Source: a bacterium (GTDB lineage: Bacteria; Desulfobacterota; Binatia; HRBIN30; CADEER01). Taken from it: a DNA stretch of 64,000 nt. This document shows, piece by piece, positions 36,636 to 46,976 of the stretch. A program made the translations under genes and the position numbers. How positions within the stretch are numbered: position 1 is the stretch's first letter; every line of letters starts with the position of its first letter. The stretch lies in the NCBI GenBank assembly GCA_031401035.1, contig JANNRA010000112.1, positions 2,628 to 66,627 of the forward strand. The letters run 5' to 3'. The notes under the pieces are model-generated. The model searched no databases, was not told where the DNA came from, and saw nothing but the letters and a program-made list of their open reading frames with translations.

Positions 36636-38111
36636 GTGCGCCTCGCCTGTCTGTACGTGCCGGTGTTCCCGCTCGCCGCCTGGCTGCGCGCCGAGCCGGA
36701 GTTGCGCGGTACGCCGCTGGCCGTCGCCGACGGCGCCTCGCCGCGGGCGCGGCTGGTCGCCTGCTCGCCGGAGGCGGGGCGGCGCGGCGTCGCGCCGGGG
36801 CTGACGGCGGCGCAGGCGGCGGCGATCGCCGGCGACCTGGTGTTGCGGCCGGCCTCGCCCGACGCCGAGCGCGCCGCGCACGCGGCGCTGGCCGACGTGG
36901 CGTACTCGTTCTCACCGCGCGTCGAGGACGGCGCTCCGGGCACGGTGTACTTCGACGCCGACGGCCTGCACGAGCTCTACCCGAGCGAGCCGGCGCTGGC
37001 GCAGGCGGCGCTGCGCCGCGCCGCCGCGCTCGGGCTCGATGCCGCGATCGGCATCGCCGGCAGCAAGATCGCCGCCGAGCTGGCGGCGCGCGATGGCGGC
37101 GGCTGCGCGGTGGTGCCGCCGCACGAGGAGTGGCGGCTGCTGGCACCGCTGTCGCTCGATCGGCTGCAGCCCGCTCCGGCGCTGCGCGAGACGCTGAGCC
37201 GCTGGGGTATCCGCACGCTCGGCGATCTCGCCGCGCTGCCGGCGAGCGGGTTGGCGGCGCGGCTCGGTCCGGAGGCGGCGGCGCTGGCGCGACGGGCGCG
37301 CGGCGAGGACGCGCACCCGTTGGCGCCGCGGCCGCTGCCGCTGCAGTTCGAGGAGGCGGCGGCGCTCGACTGGGGTGTCGACGCGCTGGAGCCGTTCCTG
37401 TTCGTTGTGCGCGGCCTGCTCGACCGCCTGACGGCGCGTCTCGAGGTGCGCGGCCTGGTGTGCGGCGACCTGCGCCTGTCGCTCGGCCTGGTCGACCGCG
37501 GCCGCGACGAGCGCACGGTGACGGTGGCGGCGCCGAGCACGGCGGTGAAGGCGCTGCTGACGCTGGTGCGCGTCCATCTCGAGACCCACCCGCCGCGCGC
37601 CGCCGTCGAGCACCTGCGCCTCGCCGCCGTACCCGAGCGTCTGCGCGCCGCGCAACTCGACCTTTTCCGCCCCGCCGGCCCGGCGCCGGCGCAGCTCGCC
37701 GCGACGCTGGCGCGCCTCGGCGCCCTGTGCGGCGCGGTGCCGGTCGGCATGCCGGTGGTGGCCGACTCGCACCGCCCCGACGCCTACGGCGTGGCACCGT
37801 TCGCGGCGCCGCCGGCGGCGGCGGCAGGAGCGGAGTCGCGGCCCGTGCCGCTCGCCATCCGCGCCGTGCGTCCGCCGCGTCGACTGGAGGTCTTCTGCCA
37901 GCGCGATCGTCCCGACTTCCTGCGCGCCGCCGGCTGCCAGGGCCGCGTCGTCTCTCTCGCCGGCCCCTGGCGCCTCGCCGGCGAGTGGTGGCGCCCCGAG
38001 GCGGTGCTGCAGCGCGACTACTACGACGCCCAGCTCAGCGACGGCGGCGTCTACCGGTTCTACTTCGACCGCGCCGCGCAGCAGTGGTTCCTCGATGGTG
38101 AGTACGACTGA
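36636..38111 (+). CDS. imuB: Y-family-polymerase-like ImuB
   Basis: GTG start with MRLACLYVPVFPLAAW (the typical ImuB N-terminus). The protein is 491 aa and the gene precedes dnaE2. Confidence 0.8.
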   Translation: MRLACLYVPVFPLAAWLRAEPELRGTPLAVADGASPRARLVACSPEAGRRGVAPGLTAAQAAAIAGDLVLRPASPDAERAAHAALADVAYSFSPRVEDGAPGTVYFDADGLHELYPSEPALAQAALRRAAALGLDAAIGIAGSKIAAELAARDGGGCAVVPPHEEWRLLAPLSLDRLQPAPALRETLSRWGIRTLGDLAALPASGLAARLGPEAAALARRARGEDAHPLAPRPLPLQFEEAAALDWGVDALEPFLFVVRGLLDRLTARLEVRGLVCGDLRLSLGLVDRGRDERTVTVAAPSTAVKALLTLVRVHLETHPPRAAVEHLRLAAVPERLRAAQLDLFRPAGPAPAQLAATLARLGALCGAVPVGMPVVADSHRPDAYGVAPFAAPPAAAAGAESRPVPLAIRAVRPPRRLEVFCQRDRPDFLRAAGCQGRVVSLAGPWRLAGEWWRPEAVLQRDYYDAQLSDGGVYRFYFDRAAQQWFLDGEYD

Positions 38112-38140
38112 CTTTCACACGGAGAAACGGAGGAACGGAG
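38112..38140. repeat. left inverted repeat flanking the GxxExxY gene
   Basis: CTTTCACACGGAGAAACGGAGGAACGGAG. Its reverse complement matches 38519-38548 with one mismatch and one indel. Confidence 0.75.
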
Positions 38141-38554
38141 ATGATGGACAGATTGGCGACGGAGGGAATCATTGCGGCGGCGATCGAGGTCCATCGGGCA
38201 CTGGGACCAGGATTGCTGGAGAGCATCTACGAAGAGTGTCTGGCGGAAGAGCTGTCGTTGCGAGGCATGGCGTACGAGCGACAGCGCGGGGTTCCCCTGG
38301 AGTACAAGGGGCGTCGCCTCGGAATCGATCTGCGTATCGATCTGCTCGTCGGTGACCGGGTGGTCGTCGAGTTGAAGGCGGTCGAGAAAATCCTGCCCAT
38401 CCACGCCGCCCAGGTCGTGACGTATCTCCGGCTGACCAACAAACCGTATGGATTGCTGATCAACTTCCACGTCCCGATGCTGAAAGAAGGCATTCGCCGC
38501 TATCTCAATCCCGTCCTTCTCCGTTCCTCCGTTGCTCCGTGTGAAAAGTCCTGA
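38141..38554 (+). CDS. GxxExxY family protein (PD-(D/E)XK_3), inserted between imuB and dnaE2
   Basis: MMDRLATEGI..GPGLLESIYEECL contains the GxxExxY motif. The 137-aa gene is lower in GC than its surroundings and is flanked by 30-bp inverted repeats. Confidence 0.8.
   Translation: MMDRLATEGIIAAAIEVHRALGPGLLESIYEECLAEELSLRGMAYERQRGVPLEYKGRRLGIDLRIDLLVGDRVVVELKAVEKILPIHAAQVVTYLRLTNKPYGLLINFHVPMLKEGIRRYLNPVLLRSSVAPCEKS
38519..38548. repeat. right inverted repeat flanking the GxxExxY gene; overlaps the dnaE2 start
   Basis: CTCCGTTCCTCCGTTGCTCCGTGTGAAAAG. A related motif also occurs at 36593-36627 immediately upstream of imuB. Confidence 0.75.
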
Positions 38555-41500
38555 CGACTACGTCGAGCTGCGCACGCGCAGTGCCTTCTCCTTCCTCGCC
38601 GGGGCGTCGTTGCCGGAGGATCTGGTGGCGCGGGCGGCGGCGCTCGATCACGGCGTCCTCGCCATGGGCGATCGCGACGGGGTGTACGGCGCGCCGCGCT
38701 TTCATCAGGCGGCGGTGAAGGCCGGCGTGCGCGGCATCGTCGGTTGCGAGCTGACGACGGTGGACGGGGCGCTGTACGTGCTGGTCGCCGAGCGGGTGGG
38801 ATATCGCAACCTCTGCCGGCTGCTCAGCGACGCCAAGCTGCGCGCGGCGAAGGGCGCGGCGGTGGTCGAGTGGAGCGATCTCGACGGGCGCAGCGACGGA
38901 CTGATCTGCCTGGCGCGGCAGCCGGCGGGGCTGGCGCGCCTGCAGCGCCTGTTCCCGGGGCGGCTCTACCTCGAGCTGCAGCGCCACCTCGACGCGGACG
39001 AGGAGCGGCACAATCGCGTCCTCGCCGCCGCCGCCGAACACCACCGCCTGCCGCTGGTGGCCACCAACGACGTGCGCCACGCGGCGCCGGACGGGCGGCC
39101 GCTGCTCGACGTGCTGACCTGCCTGCGCGAACACACGACGCTCGACGCCGCCGGCCGCCGCCTGCTCGCCAACGCCGAGCGCCATCTCAAGCCGGCGCGC
39201 GAGATGGCGGCGCTGTTCCGCGACCAGCCGGCGGCGCTGGCCAACACGCGCCGCATCGCCGAGCAGTGCGCCTTCGGGCTCGCCGACCTCGGCTACCGCT
39301 TCCCCGACTATCCGCTGTCGCCCGGCGAGACGGCCGACGGCCACCTGCGGGCGCTCACCGAGGCCGGCGCGCGCGGGCGCTACGGTGCGCTGACGCTGCG
39401 CGTGCGGCGCCAGCTCGAGCACGAGCTGGCGGTGATCGCGCAGCTCGGGCTGGCCGGCTACTTCCTCATCGTCTGGGACATCGTGCGCTACTGCCGCGAG
39501 GCCGGGATCCTGGCGCAGGGGCGCGGCTCGGCGGCCAACTCGGCGGTCTGCTACGCGCTCGGCATCACCGCCGTCGACCCGATCGGCATGGAACTGCTCT
39601 TCGAGCGCTTCCTGTCGCCGGAGCGCGGCGAGTGGCCGGACATCGACATCGACCTGCCGAGCGGCGAGCGGCGCGAGCGGGTCATCCAGTACGTCTACCA
39701 GCGCTACGGCCCGCGCGGCGCGGCGATGACCGCCAACGTCATCACCTACCGCACGCGCAGCGCCGTGCGCGAGGTCGGCAAGGCGCTGGGGTTCGCCGAG
39801 GCGCAGGTGGCGCGGTTGTCGAAGCTGCTGCACCGCTTCGAGTTCCGCGACGACCTCGACCAGCTGGCGGAGCAGTTGCGGGCCGGCGGCGTCGACCCCG
39901 CCGCGCCGCGCGTGCGCCTGTTGGTCGATCTCGTCGCGCGCATCCAGAACCTGCCGCGCCATCTCGGCCAGCACTCCGGCGGCATGGTCATCGCGGCCGG
40001 GCGGCTCGACGAGGTGGTGCCGCTCGAGCCGGCGGCGATGCCGGGGCGGGTGGTGGTGCAGTGGGACAAGGACGACTGCGCCGATCTCGGCATCATCAAG
40101 GTCGACCTGCTCGGCCTCGGCATGATGGCGGTGCTGGAGGACACCCTACCGCTGATCCGCGTGCACGAGGGGGTCGAGGTGGACCTCGCCCGCCTGCCGG
40201 CCGACGACCCGGCGACCTACGCCATGCTGCGGCGCGCCGATACGATCGGCGTCTTCCAGGTCGAGAGCCGGGCGCAGATGGCGACGCTGCCGCGCCTGCG
40301 GCCGGAGCGCTTCTACGACCTGGTCGTCGAGGTGGCGCTGATCCGCCCCGGCCCGATCGTCGGGCAGATGGTGCACCCGTACCTGAACCGCCGCCGCGGC
40401 CGCGAGGCGGTGACGTACGCGCATCCCGACCTCGAGCCGATCCTGGCGCGCACGCTGGGCGTGCCGCTCTTCCAGGAGCAGCTGCTGCGCATGGCGATGG
40501 CGGTCGCCGACTTCAGCGGCGGCGAGGCCGAAGAGCTGCGCCGCGCCATGGGCTTCAAGCGCTCCACCGAGCGCATGCGCGAGATCGAGGCGCGCCTGGT
40601 CCGCGGCATGGCGGCACGCGGCATCGCCGCGGCGGCGCAGGACGGCATCATCACCAGCATCACCTCGTTCGCCCTCTACGGCTTCCCCGAGTCGCACGCC
40701 GCCAGCTTCGCGCTGCTCGCCTACGCCTCGGCGTACCTGCGCCGCCACCACCTCGCCGCCTTCACCTGCGCCATGCTCAACAACTGGCCGCTCGGCTTCT
40801 ACCACCCCGCCACCCTGGTGAAGGACGCCCAACGCCACGGCCTGCACATCCTGCCCGTCGACGTGACGATCTCACCCTGGAACTGCACCCTCGAACCGGC
40901 AGCCATGCAGGCGGCCGCCCAGAGTCCCCCAGCCGAAGGAAGGTGTGCAGATGCCCAGAGTCCCCCAGCCGGGACCGCGGGCGTCTCGCCCGCAGCCGAC
41001 GCCGGTTGGAGCAACCACCTCTCCCTCCGCCTCGGCCTGCGCTACGTCTCCGCCCTGCGCGCCGACACCGCCGCGCGCATCGAGTCCGCCCGCGCCGCCG
41101 CCCCCTTCGCCGACCTCACCGATCTCACCCACCGTGCCGCGCTGCGCGACGACGAACTACAGACCCTCGCCCACGCCGGCGCCTTCGCCCCCTTCGGCCT
41201 CACCCGCCGCGACGCCATGTGGCAGGCCGCCGCCGTCAGCCGCGATCCGCTCTTCGCCGGCGCCCGCGTCCGCGCGACCGCCGCGCCGCTCCCCGCCGCG
41301 CCGTTGCCCGAGATGACCACCGTCGACCGCACCCTCGCCGACTACACAACCCTCGGCCTCACCGCCGGCCCGCATCTGATGAAGTACCTGCGCCCGAGTC
41401 TCGACGCCCAGGGCGTGCTGCGCAGCCGCGATCTGGTGCGGGAGAAAAACGGCGCCTGGGTGAAGCTCGCCGGGCTGGTCATCGTCCGCCAGCGCCCCGG

Positions 41501-41807
41501 CACCGCCAAGGGCTTCTGCTTCCTCACCCTCGAGGACGAGACCGGCATCGGCAACGCCGTCGTCACGCCAGATCTGTTCCAGCGCCACCGCGCCGTCATC
41601 CACACCGCCGCGCTGCTGCTCGTCGAGGGCCCGCTGCAGGTCGTCGAGGGCGTCATCCATCTGCGCGCCCGCCGCTTCACGCCGCTGGCGCTGCCCGAAC
41701 AGGTCGTCACCCAGGCCGGACACGGCTACCGCATGCGCGTCACGCCGCAGGAGGAACCGCCGCCGGGGCTGCCGCCGAGGCTGCCGAAGTCGCACGATTT
41801 CCGCTGA
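38532..41807 (+). CDS. dnaE2: error-prone DNA polymerase DnaE2 (ImuC)
   Basis: The 1091-aa protein has an N-terminal PHP domain ([10 protein letters not shown]), the Pol III alpha core and an OB fold. The start is TTG at 38532 or GTG at 38541, with no obvious Shine-Dalgarno. Confidence 0.9.
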   Translation: MLRVKSPDDYVELRTRSAFSFLAGASLPEDLVARAAALDHGVLAMGDRDGVYGAPRFHQAAVKAGVRGIVGCELTTVDGALYVLVAERVGYRNLCRLLSDAKLRAAKGAAVVEWSDLDGRSDGLICLARQPAGLARLQRLFPGRLYLELQRHLDADEERHNRVLAAAAEHHRLPLVATNDVRHAAPDGRPLLDVLTCLREHTTLDAAGRRLLANAERHLKPAREMAALFRDQPAALANTRRIAEQCAFGLADLGYRFPDYPLSPGETADGHLRALTEAGARGRYGALTLRVRRQLEHELAVIAQLGLAGYFLIVWDIVRYCREAGILAQGRGSAANSAVCYALGITAVDPIGMELLFERFLSPERGEWPDIDIDLPSGERRERVIQYVYQRYGPRGAAMTANVITYRTRSAVREVGKALGFAEAQVARLSKLLHRFEFRDDLDQLAEQLRAGGVDPAAPRVRLLVDLVARIQNLPRHLGQHSGGMVIAAGRLDEVVPLEPAAMPGRVVVQWDKDDCADLGIIKVDLLGLGMMAVLEDTLPLIRVHEGVEVDLARLPADDPATYAMLRRADTIGVFQVESRAQMATLPRLRPERFYDLVVEVALIRPGPIVGQMVHPYLNRRRGREAVTYAHPDLEPILARTLGVPLFQEQLLRMAMAVADFSGGEAEELRRAMGFKRSTERMREIEARLVRGMAARGIAAAAQDGIITSITSFALYGFPESHAASFALLAYASAYLRRHHLAAFTCAMLNNWPLGFYHPATLVKDAQRHGLHILPVDVTISPWNCTLEPAAMQAAAQSPPAEGRCADAQSPPAGTAGVSPAADAGWSNHLSLRLGLRYVSALRADTAARIESARAAAPFADLTDLTHRAALRDDELQTLAHAGAFAPFGLTRRDAMWQAAAVSRDPLFAGARVRATAAPLPAAPLPEMTTVDRTLADYTTLGLTAGPHLMKYLRPSLDAQGVLRSRDLVREKNGAWVKLAGLVIVRQRPGTAKGFCFLTLEDETGIGNAVVTPDLFQRHRAVIHTAALLLVEGPLQVVEGVIHLRARRFTPLALPEQVVTQAGHGYRMRVTPQEEPPPGLPPRLPKSHDFR

Positions 41808-41824
41808 CCACACACGGAGGGTTC

Positions 41825-42992
<1,168 letters not shown>

Positions 42993-42997
<5 letters not shown>

Positions 42998-43018
42998 TCC
43001 GGATAAATGTAGTTAGCC
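42993..43018 (+). other. attI core with direct repeats GTTAGTCCGGATA and GTTAGCCGGATA; the recombination point is G(43012)|TT
   Basis: The first cassette begins TTAGCC at 43013. The attC1 inverse core GGCTAAC is the reverse complement of GTTAGCC. Confidence 0.7.
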
Positions 43019-43022
43019 GGAT

Positions 43023-43415
43023 ATGAAACGAGACGAGAAGACCTTGGCAGGATCCGATCTGTCTCCCATCGCAAAGGTCGTGCTTGGGCTGGCGCTCGGC
43101 GTGCCACTAACCTTCTCGTACGCAGCCCTATCGCTGGGCGGCGACACGGCCACGTGGTTGTCCAAGCTCCAGCGTCTGGTCCCCATTGCAGGCGTCGTCG
43201 CGTCGGCGGCCGTCGCTGCACTCTTCTGGAAGCGCGTTCCTGCGCTGCGGTTCGCGCCCGTCGCGTACGCTGTCCCTTTGGCCCTTTCCGTCACCGTCGA
43301 CACTGTGCAAGTAGACCTGCGAACGGTTGTGGAGGGTATTGCTGCCGGGTTGATCATCGGGTTCGGGATCATGTTCGCCATCTGGATCGAGACCAAGGAT
43401 GCGGCGACCGGCTAA
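43023..43415 (+). CDS. cassette 1: hypothetical membrane protein (130 aa, about 4 transmembrane helices)
   Basis: MKRDEKTLAGSDLSPIAKVVLGLALGVPL... Its stop TAA lies inside the attC1 inverse core. Confidence 0.7.
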   Translation: MKRDEKTLAGSDLSPIAKVVLGLALGVPLTFSYAALSLGGDTATWLSKLQRLVPIAGVVASAAVAALFWKRVPALRFAPVAYAVPLALSVTVDTVQVDLRTVVEGIAAGLIIGFGIMFAIWIETKDAATG

Positions 43416-43508
43416 CATGGCGCTGCAGCCGACGCGGGCCACGAGGCCGAACGAGCAACGGGAGCCCGCGCGTGTCGGCCCGCGCGGCTGAGCGCCAAGC
43501 CGTTATCC
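43410..43508 (+). other. attC1 (99 bp): R'' GGCTAAC, R' GTTATCC
   Basis: Inner repeats GCAGCCGACGCGGGCC and GGCCCGCGCGGCTG. R'' is complementary to the cassette 1 opening TTAGCC. Confidence 0.8.
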
Positions 43509-43514
43509 AGACAG

Positions 43515-43856
43515 ATGAAGCTACCCGGGGCAGGTGCGGCGACGATCGATCCAGCGAAGGTCCGGGACTATCTGCTCTCCGAGACACATCCAGTGGGGCG
43601 TTTCAAAGCCTCGTTCTTCGCCAGCCTTGGCTATACGCCGGCCCGGTGGGACCTTCTCCGAAGCGATCTTCACGCGCTGGCCCTGCAGGAAGAGGCCGCG
43701 ACGGGCCTACGAAGTCCGTATGGCCAGAAATTCGAGGTCCGTGGTACCCTCTCCGGGCCGAATGGGCGAAGCGCATCGGTGGCGACGGTCTGGATCATTT
43801 TACAGGGCGAGAGTTCGCCACGTTTTGTAACGGCATTTCCGGGAGTAAAGACATGA
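43515..43856 (+). CDS. cassette 2, gene A: uncharacterized 113-aa protein, putative partner of the DUF4926 gene
   Basis: MKLPGAGAATIDPAKVRDYLLSETHPVGRFKASFF... Its stop overlaps the next ATG (ATGA). Confidence 0.6.
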   Translation: MKLPGAGAATIDPAKVRDYLLSETHPVGRFKASFFASLGYTPARWDLLRSDLHALALQEEAATGLRSPYGQKFEVRGTLSGPNGRSASVATVWIILQGESSPRFVTAFPGVKT

Positions 43857-44077
43857 CCTTCAAGATGCTCGACACCGTCGTGCTGGCAAGGGACCTTGCC
43901 GACAATGGTCTTCGTGCGGGTGACCTTGGCGCGGTGGTTGAAATCTACGAACCGGACGGCTTGGAGGTTGAATTCGTCACTGCATCTGGCAAGACCCAAG
44001 CACTGGTCACGTTGAGCGTCTCAGATGTTCGCCAAGTGCAGGACAGCGATCTCGTTTCAGTTCGTTCCGTCGCTTAG
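43853..44077 (+). CDS. cassette 2, gene B: DUF4926-like small protein (74 aa)
   Basis: MTFKMLDTVVLARDLADNGLRAGDLGAVVEIYEPDGLEVEFVTASGKTQALVTLSVSDVRQV matches the DUF4926 pattern. Confidence 0.65.
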   Translation: MTFKMLDTVVLARDLADNGLRAGDLGAVVEIYEPDGLEVEFVTASGKTQALVTLSVSDVRQVQDSDLVSVRSVA

Positions 44078-44097
44078 GTCGTGTTCGCCAGACCACT

Positions 44098-44154
44098 GGA
44101 TAACAAGCGCGTGCAGCCGACGGCCTCCGGCCGCGGCTGACGCGCACGTTCGGC
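44098..44154 (+). other. attC2 (57 bp): R'' GGATAAC, R' GTTCGGC
   Basis: R'' is the reverse complement of GTTATCC; the cassette opens TTATCC at 43503. Inner repeats GCAGCCGACGGCC and GGCCGCGGCTG. Confidence 0.8.
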
Positions 44155-44169
44155 TGCGTCGAGCGATCG

Positions 44170-44472
44170 TTGATTCCGATCCCAATGCGAGATTCAACAC
44201 GCGCCCAATGGCGTCAGATCGGACGGTTCTACTTCTGGGCGGCACTGGCGACGGGAGTTCTGTCGGTCGCGCTGTCGCTGGGACTGTGGAGATCCTGGAT
44301 CGCGGCCGCGTGGCTCGAGGCAGTTATCGCGCTGCCGCTGATCACTGCCGGTGTTATTCTCATCTGGAGCGTGACGGCCTATCCACTCATGCTTCTTCTC
44401 GCGCTGCTTTTCGGCCGCCCGGGCAAGCCCACGGGACCCGGTGATCCGGATGGGCCGGGTGTGGTCGTGTGA
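44170..44472 (+). CDS. cassette 3: small hypothetical membrane protein (about 100 aa)
   Basis: ..FYFWAALATGVLSVALSLGLW..IALPLITAGVILIWSV.. The ORF is bounded by attC2 and attC3. Confidence 0.6.
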   Translation: MIPIPMRDSTRAQWRQIGRFYFWAALATGVLSVALSLGLWRSWIAAAWLEAVIALPLITAGVILIWSVTAYPLMLLLALLFGRPGKPTGPGDPDGPGVVV

Positions 44473-44505
44473 CGAAGTTTCCGTCGGAAATTCGCTCGCA
44501 ATCCA

Positions 44506-44569
44506 GCCGAACAAAGCGGTGCAGCCGACGCGGGCCTGCGGCCCGCGCGGCTGACCGCTGGCGTTCGGC
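44506..44569 (+). other. attC3 (64 bp): R'' GCCGAAC, R' GTTCGGC, a perfect inverse pair
   Basis: GCCGAACaaagcggtGCAGCCGACGCGGGCCtgcGGCCCGCGCGGCTGaccgctggcGTTCGGC. Confidence 0.85.
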
Positions 44570-44593
44570 TTTCCGCAGGTCTTCGGGTAGACG

Positions 44594-44863
44594 TTGACCG
44601 TGGCCAAGCGCGACACTCTTCTCGTCCAAGTCCTGAGCGGCACGGCGGATGCGAACGTCCCCTTCGACGGGCTGCGCCGACTGCTCGGCCGCCTCGGATT
44701 CGACGAGCGGATCCGCGGCAGTCATCACATTTTCACCAAGACCGGAATCGTGGAAATCCTGAATCTGCAGCCCAAGGGCCGTGACGCGAAGGCATATCAA
44801 GTCAAGCAGGTGCGGGTTGTGATCGTGAAGTATCGGTTGGCGGGAGGAGCCAATGGCCAGTAA
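44594..44863 (+). CDS. hicA: cassette 4: HicA-family mRNA interferase toxin
   Basis: ..RGSHHIFTKTGIVEILNLQPKGRDAKAYQVKQVR.. is the HicA signature. The start is TTG at 44594 or GTG at 44600. Confidence 0.75.
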   Translation: MTVAKRDTLLVQVLSGTADANVPFDGLRRLLGRLGFDERIRGSHHIFTKTGIVEILNLQPKGRDAKAYQVKQVRVVIVKYRLAGGANGQ

Positions 44864-45071
44864 GTGGAAGTACGAGATCATCATCTATTGGAGCGACGAG
44901 GATGAGGCCTACGTCGCCGAGGTGCCTGAGTTGCCGGGCTGCGCCGCCGACGGCACGACCTACAAGCAGGCCCTCGCCAACGCGGAGATCGTGATTCGCG
45001 AGTGGATCGAGACCGCGCGTGAACTAGGCCGACCGATCCCCGAGCCCAAAGGGCGCCTCCTGTATGCGTAA
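44853..45071 (+). CDS. hicB: cassette 4: HicB-family antitoxin
   Basis: MASKWKYEIIIYWSDEDEAYVAEVPELPGCAADGTTYKQALANAEIVIREWIE has the UPF0150/HicB fold pattern. It overlaps the hicA 3' end. Confidence 0.75.
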   Translation: MASKWKYEIIIYWSDEDEAYVAEVPELPGCAADGTTYKQALANAEIVIREWIETARELGRPIPEPKGRLLYA

Positions 45072-45074
45072 GGG

Positions 45075-45164
45075 GCCGAACAAGGCGATCGACCCGCCCG
45101 GCCTGAGCGGCATCGCTCGCCGCGCAGCAGCCTGCGCCGGCGGGTCATCGCCAGCGCGTTAGGC
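45075..45164 (+). other. attC4 (90 bp): R'' GCCGAAC, R' GTTAGGC (canonical)
   Basis: R'' is complementary to the cassette 4 opening TTCGGC at 44564. R' is GTTAGGC at 45158-45164. Confidence 0.8.
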
Positions 45165-45200
45165 CGCTATCCCGCACCATCACCTCGCGGTGACCAGACG

Positions 45201-46949
45201 ATGAAGATGACAATGAGAGCACTGGCTTGCGCGCTGCTGACCGGAGCTATGGCGACCGCCGTCACGGCGCAGGAGGAGCGCGGTGCGATCACCGTCTTCA
45301 TTGCGAAGAAGATCGTCACCATGGATCCGACTCGGCCCACAGCCACAGCGGTCGCCGTCCGCAATGGCACCATTCTTGGCGTAGGTTCGCTCAAGGACCT
45401 TGCGCCCTGGCTCACGACGGCCAAGTACACCGTCAACGAAGAATTCAAGGAGCGGGTGCTGATGCCGGGCTTCATCGACCCGCATATGCACCCGATGCTC
45501 GCAGCCATCCAGTTCGGCACGACATGGATCACGCCCGAGCCGTGGGATGTGATGGGTGCAAAGATCCCCGCCACCATTGGACACGAAGCGTACCTGAGCG
45601 CCTTGAAGGCAGCGTTTGCCGCTGCCCCAAAGGCCGAGCCGATGTTCATCACATGGGGCTACAACCAGATGTTCCACGGTGACATGTCGCGTGCGCAACT
45701 GGATACCATCTCCAGCACCTATCCCATTTTCGTCTGGCACCGCTCGGCGCATGAGGCGTACTTCAATACGCCGATGCTCAAGTACCTGGAAGGTAAGGGA
45801 GTCACCGAAGCAGTGGTCAAAGGCAATCCTCAGATCAACTGGCAGAAGGGATACTTCTTCGAAGACGGCTTGTTCAAGGTTGCCGTACCTGCATTAGCCA
45901 ACTACCTGCTGGCACCCGCGCGCGTGGACATCGGCTATGCCAAAGCGCGCGATTACCTGAACTTCAACGGCATCACCACCGTAGCCGACATGAATACCGG
46001 CGGCGTCAGTTGGGACTTGGAGGTTGGAGCCCTGAAGCGCACATTTGATCGCAAGGACTCGCCGGTGCGCGTACGCCTGACCCCAGACGCCGTGGCGCTG
46101 GCCGCCGCCATGAAGAGCGCGGATGCGGCGTTTGCCTTCATTGGTAGAGCCGGTGAGAAGAACACTCGACACATCTTCACAAACGGGGCGATGAAGCTGT
46201 TTGCTGACGGGGCGATGTTCTCTCAACTGATGCAGCTATCGCCCCCTGGCTACATCGATGGGCATCAGGGTGCCTGGATCACGCAGCCCGCGCCGTTCGA
46301 GGAAGCCGCGCGCCGCTATTGGAATGCGGGCTATCAGATACATGTTCACACGAACGGTGACCACGGCGCGACGATGGTGCTCGACGTTCTCGAGAAACTC
46401 AAGGACGAAAAACCCCGAGCTGATCACCGCTTCACGATCGAACACTATGGCTATGCCACCGATGGCGTCAGTCGCAGGGTTGCGTTGCTCGGGGCGCTGG
46501 TCTCGGCTAATCCCTTCTACTTGTACGACCTCGGCGACAAATACGCCGAAGTGGGTTTGGGCGATGATCGAGCTGCGCGGATCACGCCGCTCGGCGGGCT
46601 CGCCCGTCGTGGAGTTCCTGTCGCGCTGCATTCGGACTTTGCGATGGCGCCTGCCGCGCCGCTCTTGCTTGCGTGGACGGCAATCACCCGCGAGACCCAG
46701 TCCGGCAAGGTGTTCGGACCCGAAGAGCGTTTGACGATGGATCAGGCCATGAAGGCGATCACCATCGACGCGGCCTACATCCTCCACCTGGAGGATCGCC
46801 TCGGCAGCATCGAGGCCGGAAAGCTGGCGGATTTCACCGTCCTCGATCAGGACCCCTACGCGGTCGGCGCGGCTGGGCTGCGCAACATCAAGGTCTGGGG
46901 CACGGTGTTTGAGGCCGCATCGCATCCCGCCAAAGCAAGCGCACCCTAA
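45201..46949 (+). CDS. cassette 5: secreted amidohydrolase-family (Amidohydro_3-like) metal-dependent hydrolase, 582 aa
   Basis: Signal peptide MKMTMRALACALLTGAMATAVTAQE. Motifs include PGFIDPHMHP, an HxH metal site, and later H..D motifs (HVHTNGDHG, HSDF). Confidence 0.75.
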   Translation: MKMTMRALACALLTGAMATAVTAQEERGAITVFIAKKIVTMDPTRPTATAVAVRNGTILGVGSLKDLAPWLTTAKYTVNEEFKERVLMPGFIDPHMHPMLAAIQFGTTWITPEPWDVMGAKIPATIGHEAYLSALKAAFAAAPKAEPMFITWGYNQMFHGDMSRAQLDTISSTYPIFVWHRSAHEAYFNTPMLKYLEGKGVTEAVVKGNPQINWQKGYFFEDGLFKVAVPALANYLLAPARVDIGYAKARDYLNFNGITTVADMNTGGVSWDLEVGALKRTFDRKDSPVRVRLTPDAVALAAAMKSADAAFAFIGRAGEKNTRHIFTNGAMKLFADGAMFSQLMQLSPPGYIDGHQGAWITQPAPFEEAARRYWNAGYQIHVHTNGDHGATMVLDVLEKLKDEKPRADHRFTIEHYGYATDGVSRRVALLGALVSANPFYLYDLGDKYAEVGLGDDRAARITPLGGLARRGVPVALHSDFAMAPAAPLLLAWTAITRETQSGKVFGPEERLTMDQAMKAITIDAAYILHLEDRLGSIEAGKLADFTVLDQDPYAVGAAGLRNIKVWGTVFEAASHPAKASAP

Positions 46950-46976
46950 ACAGATGCTGTTCGATCCCTTGAAGCG

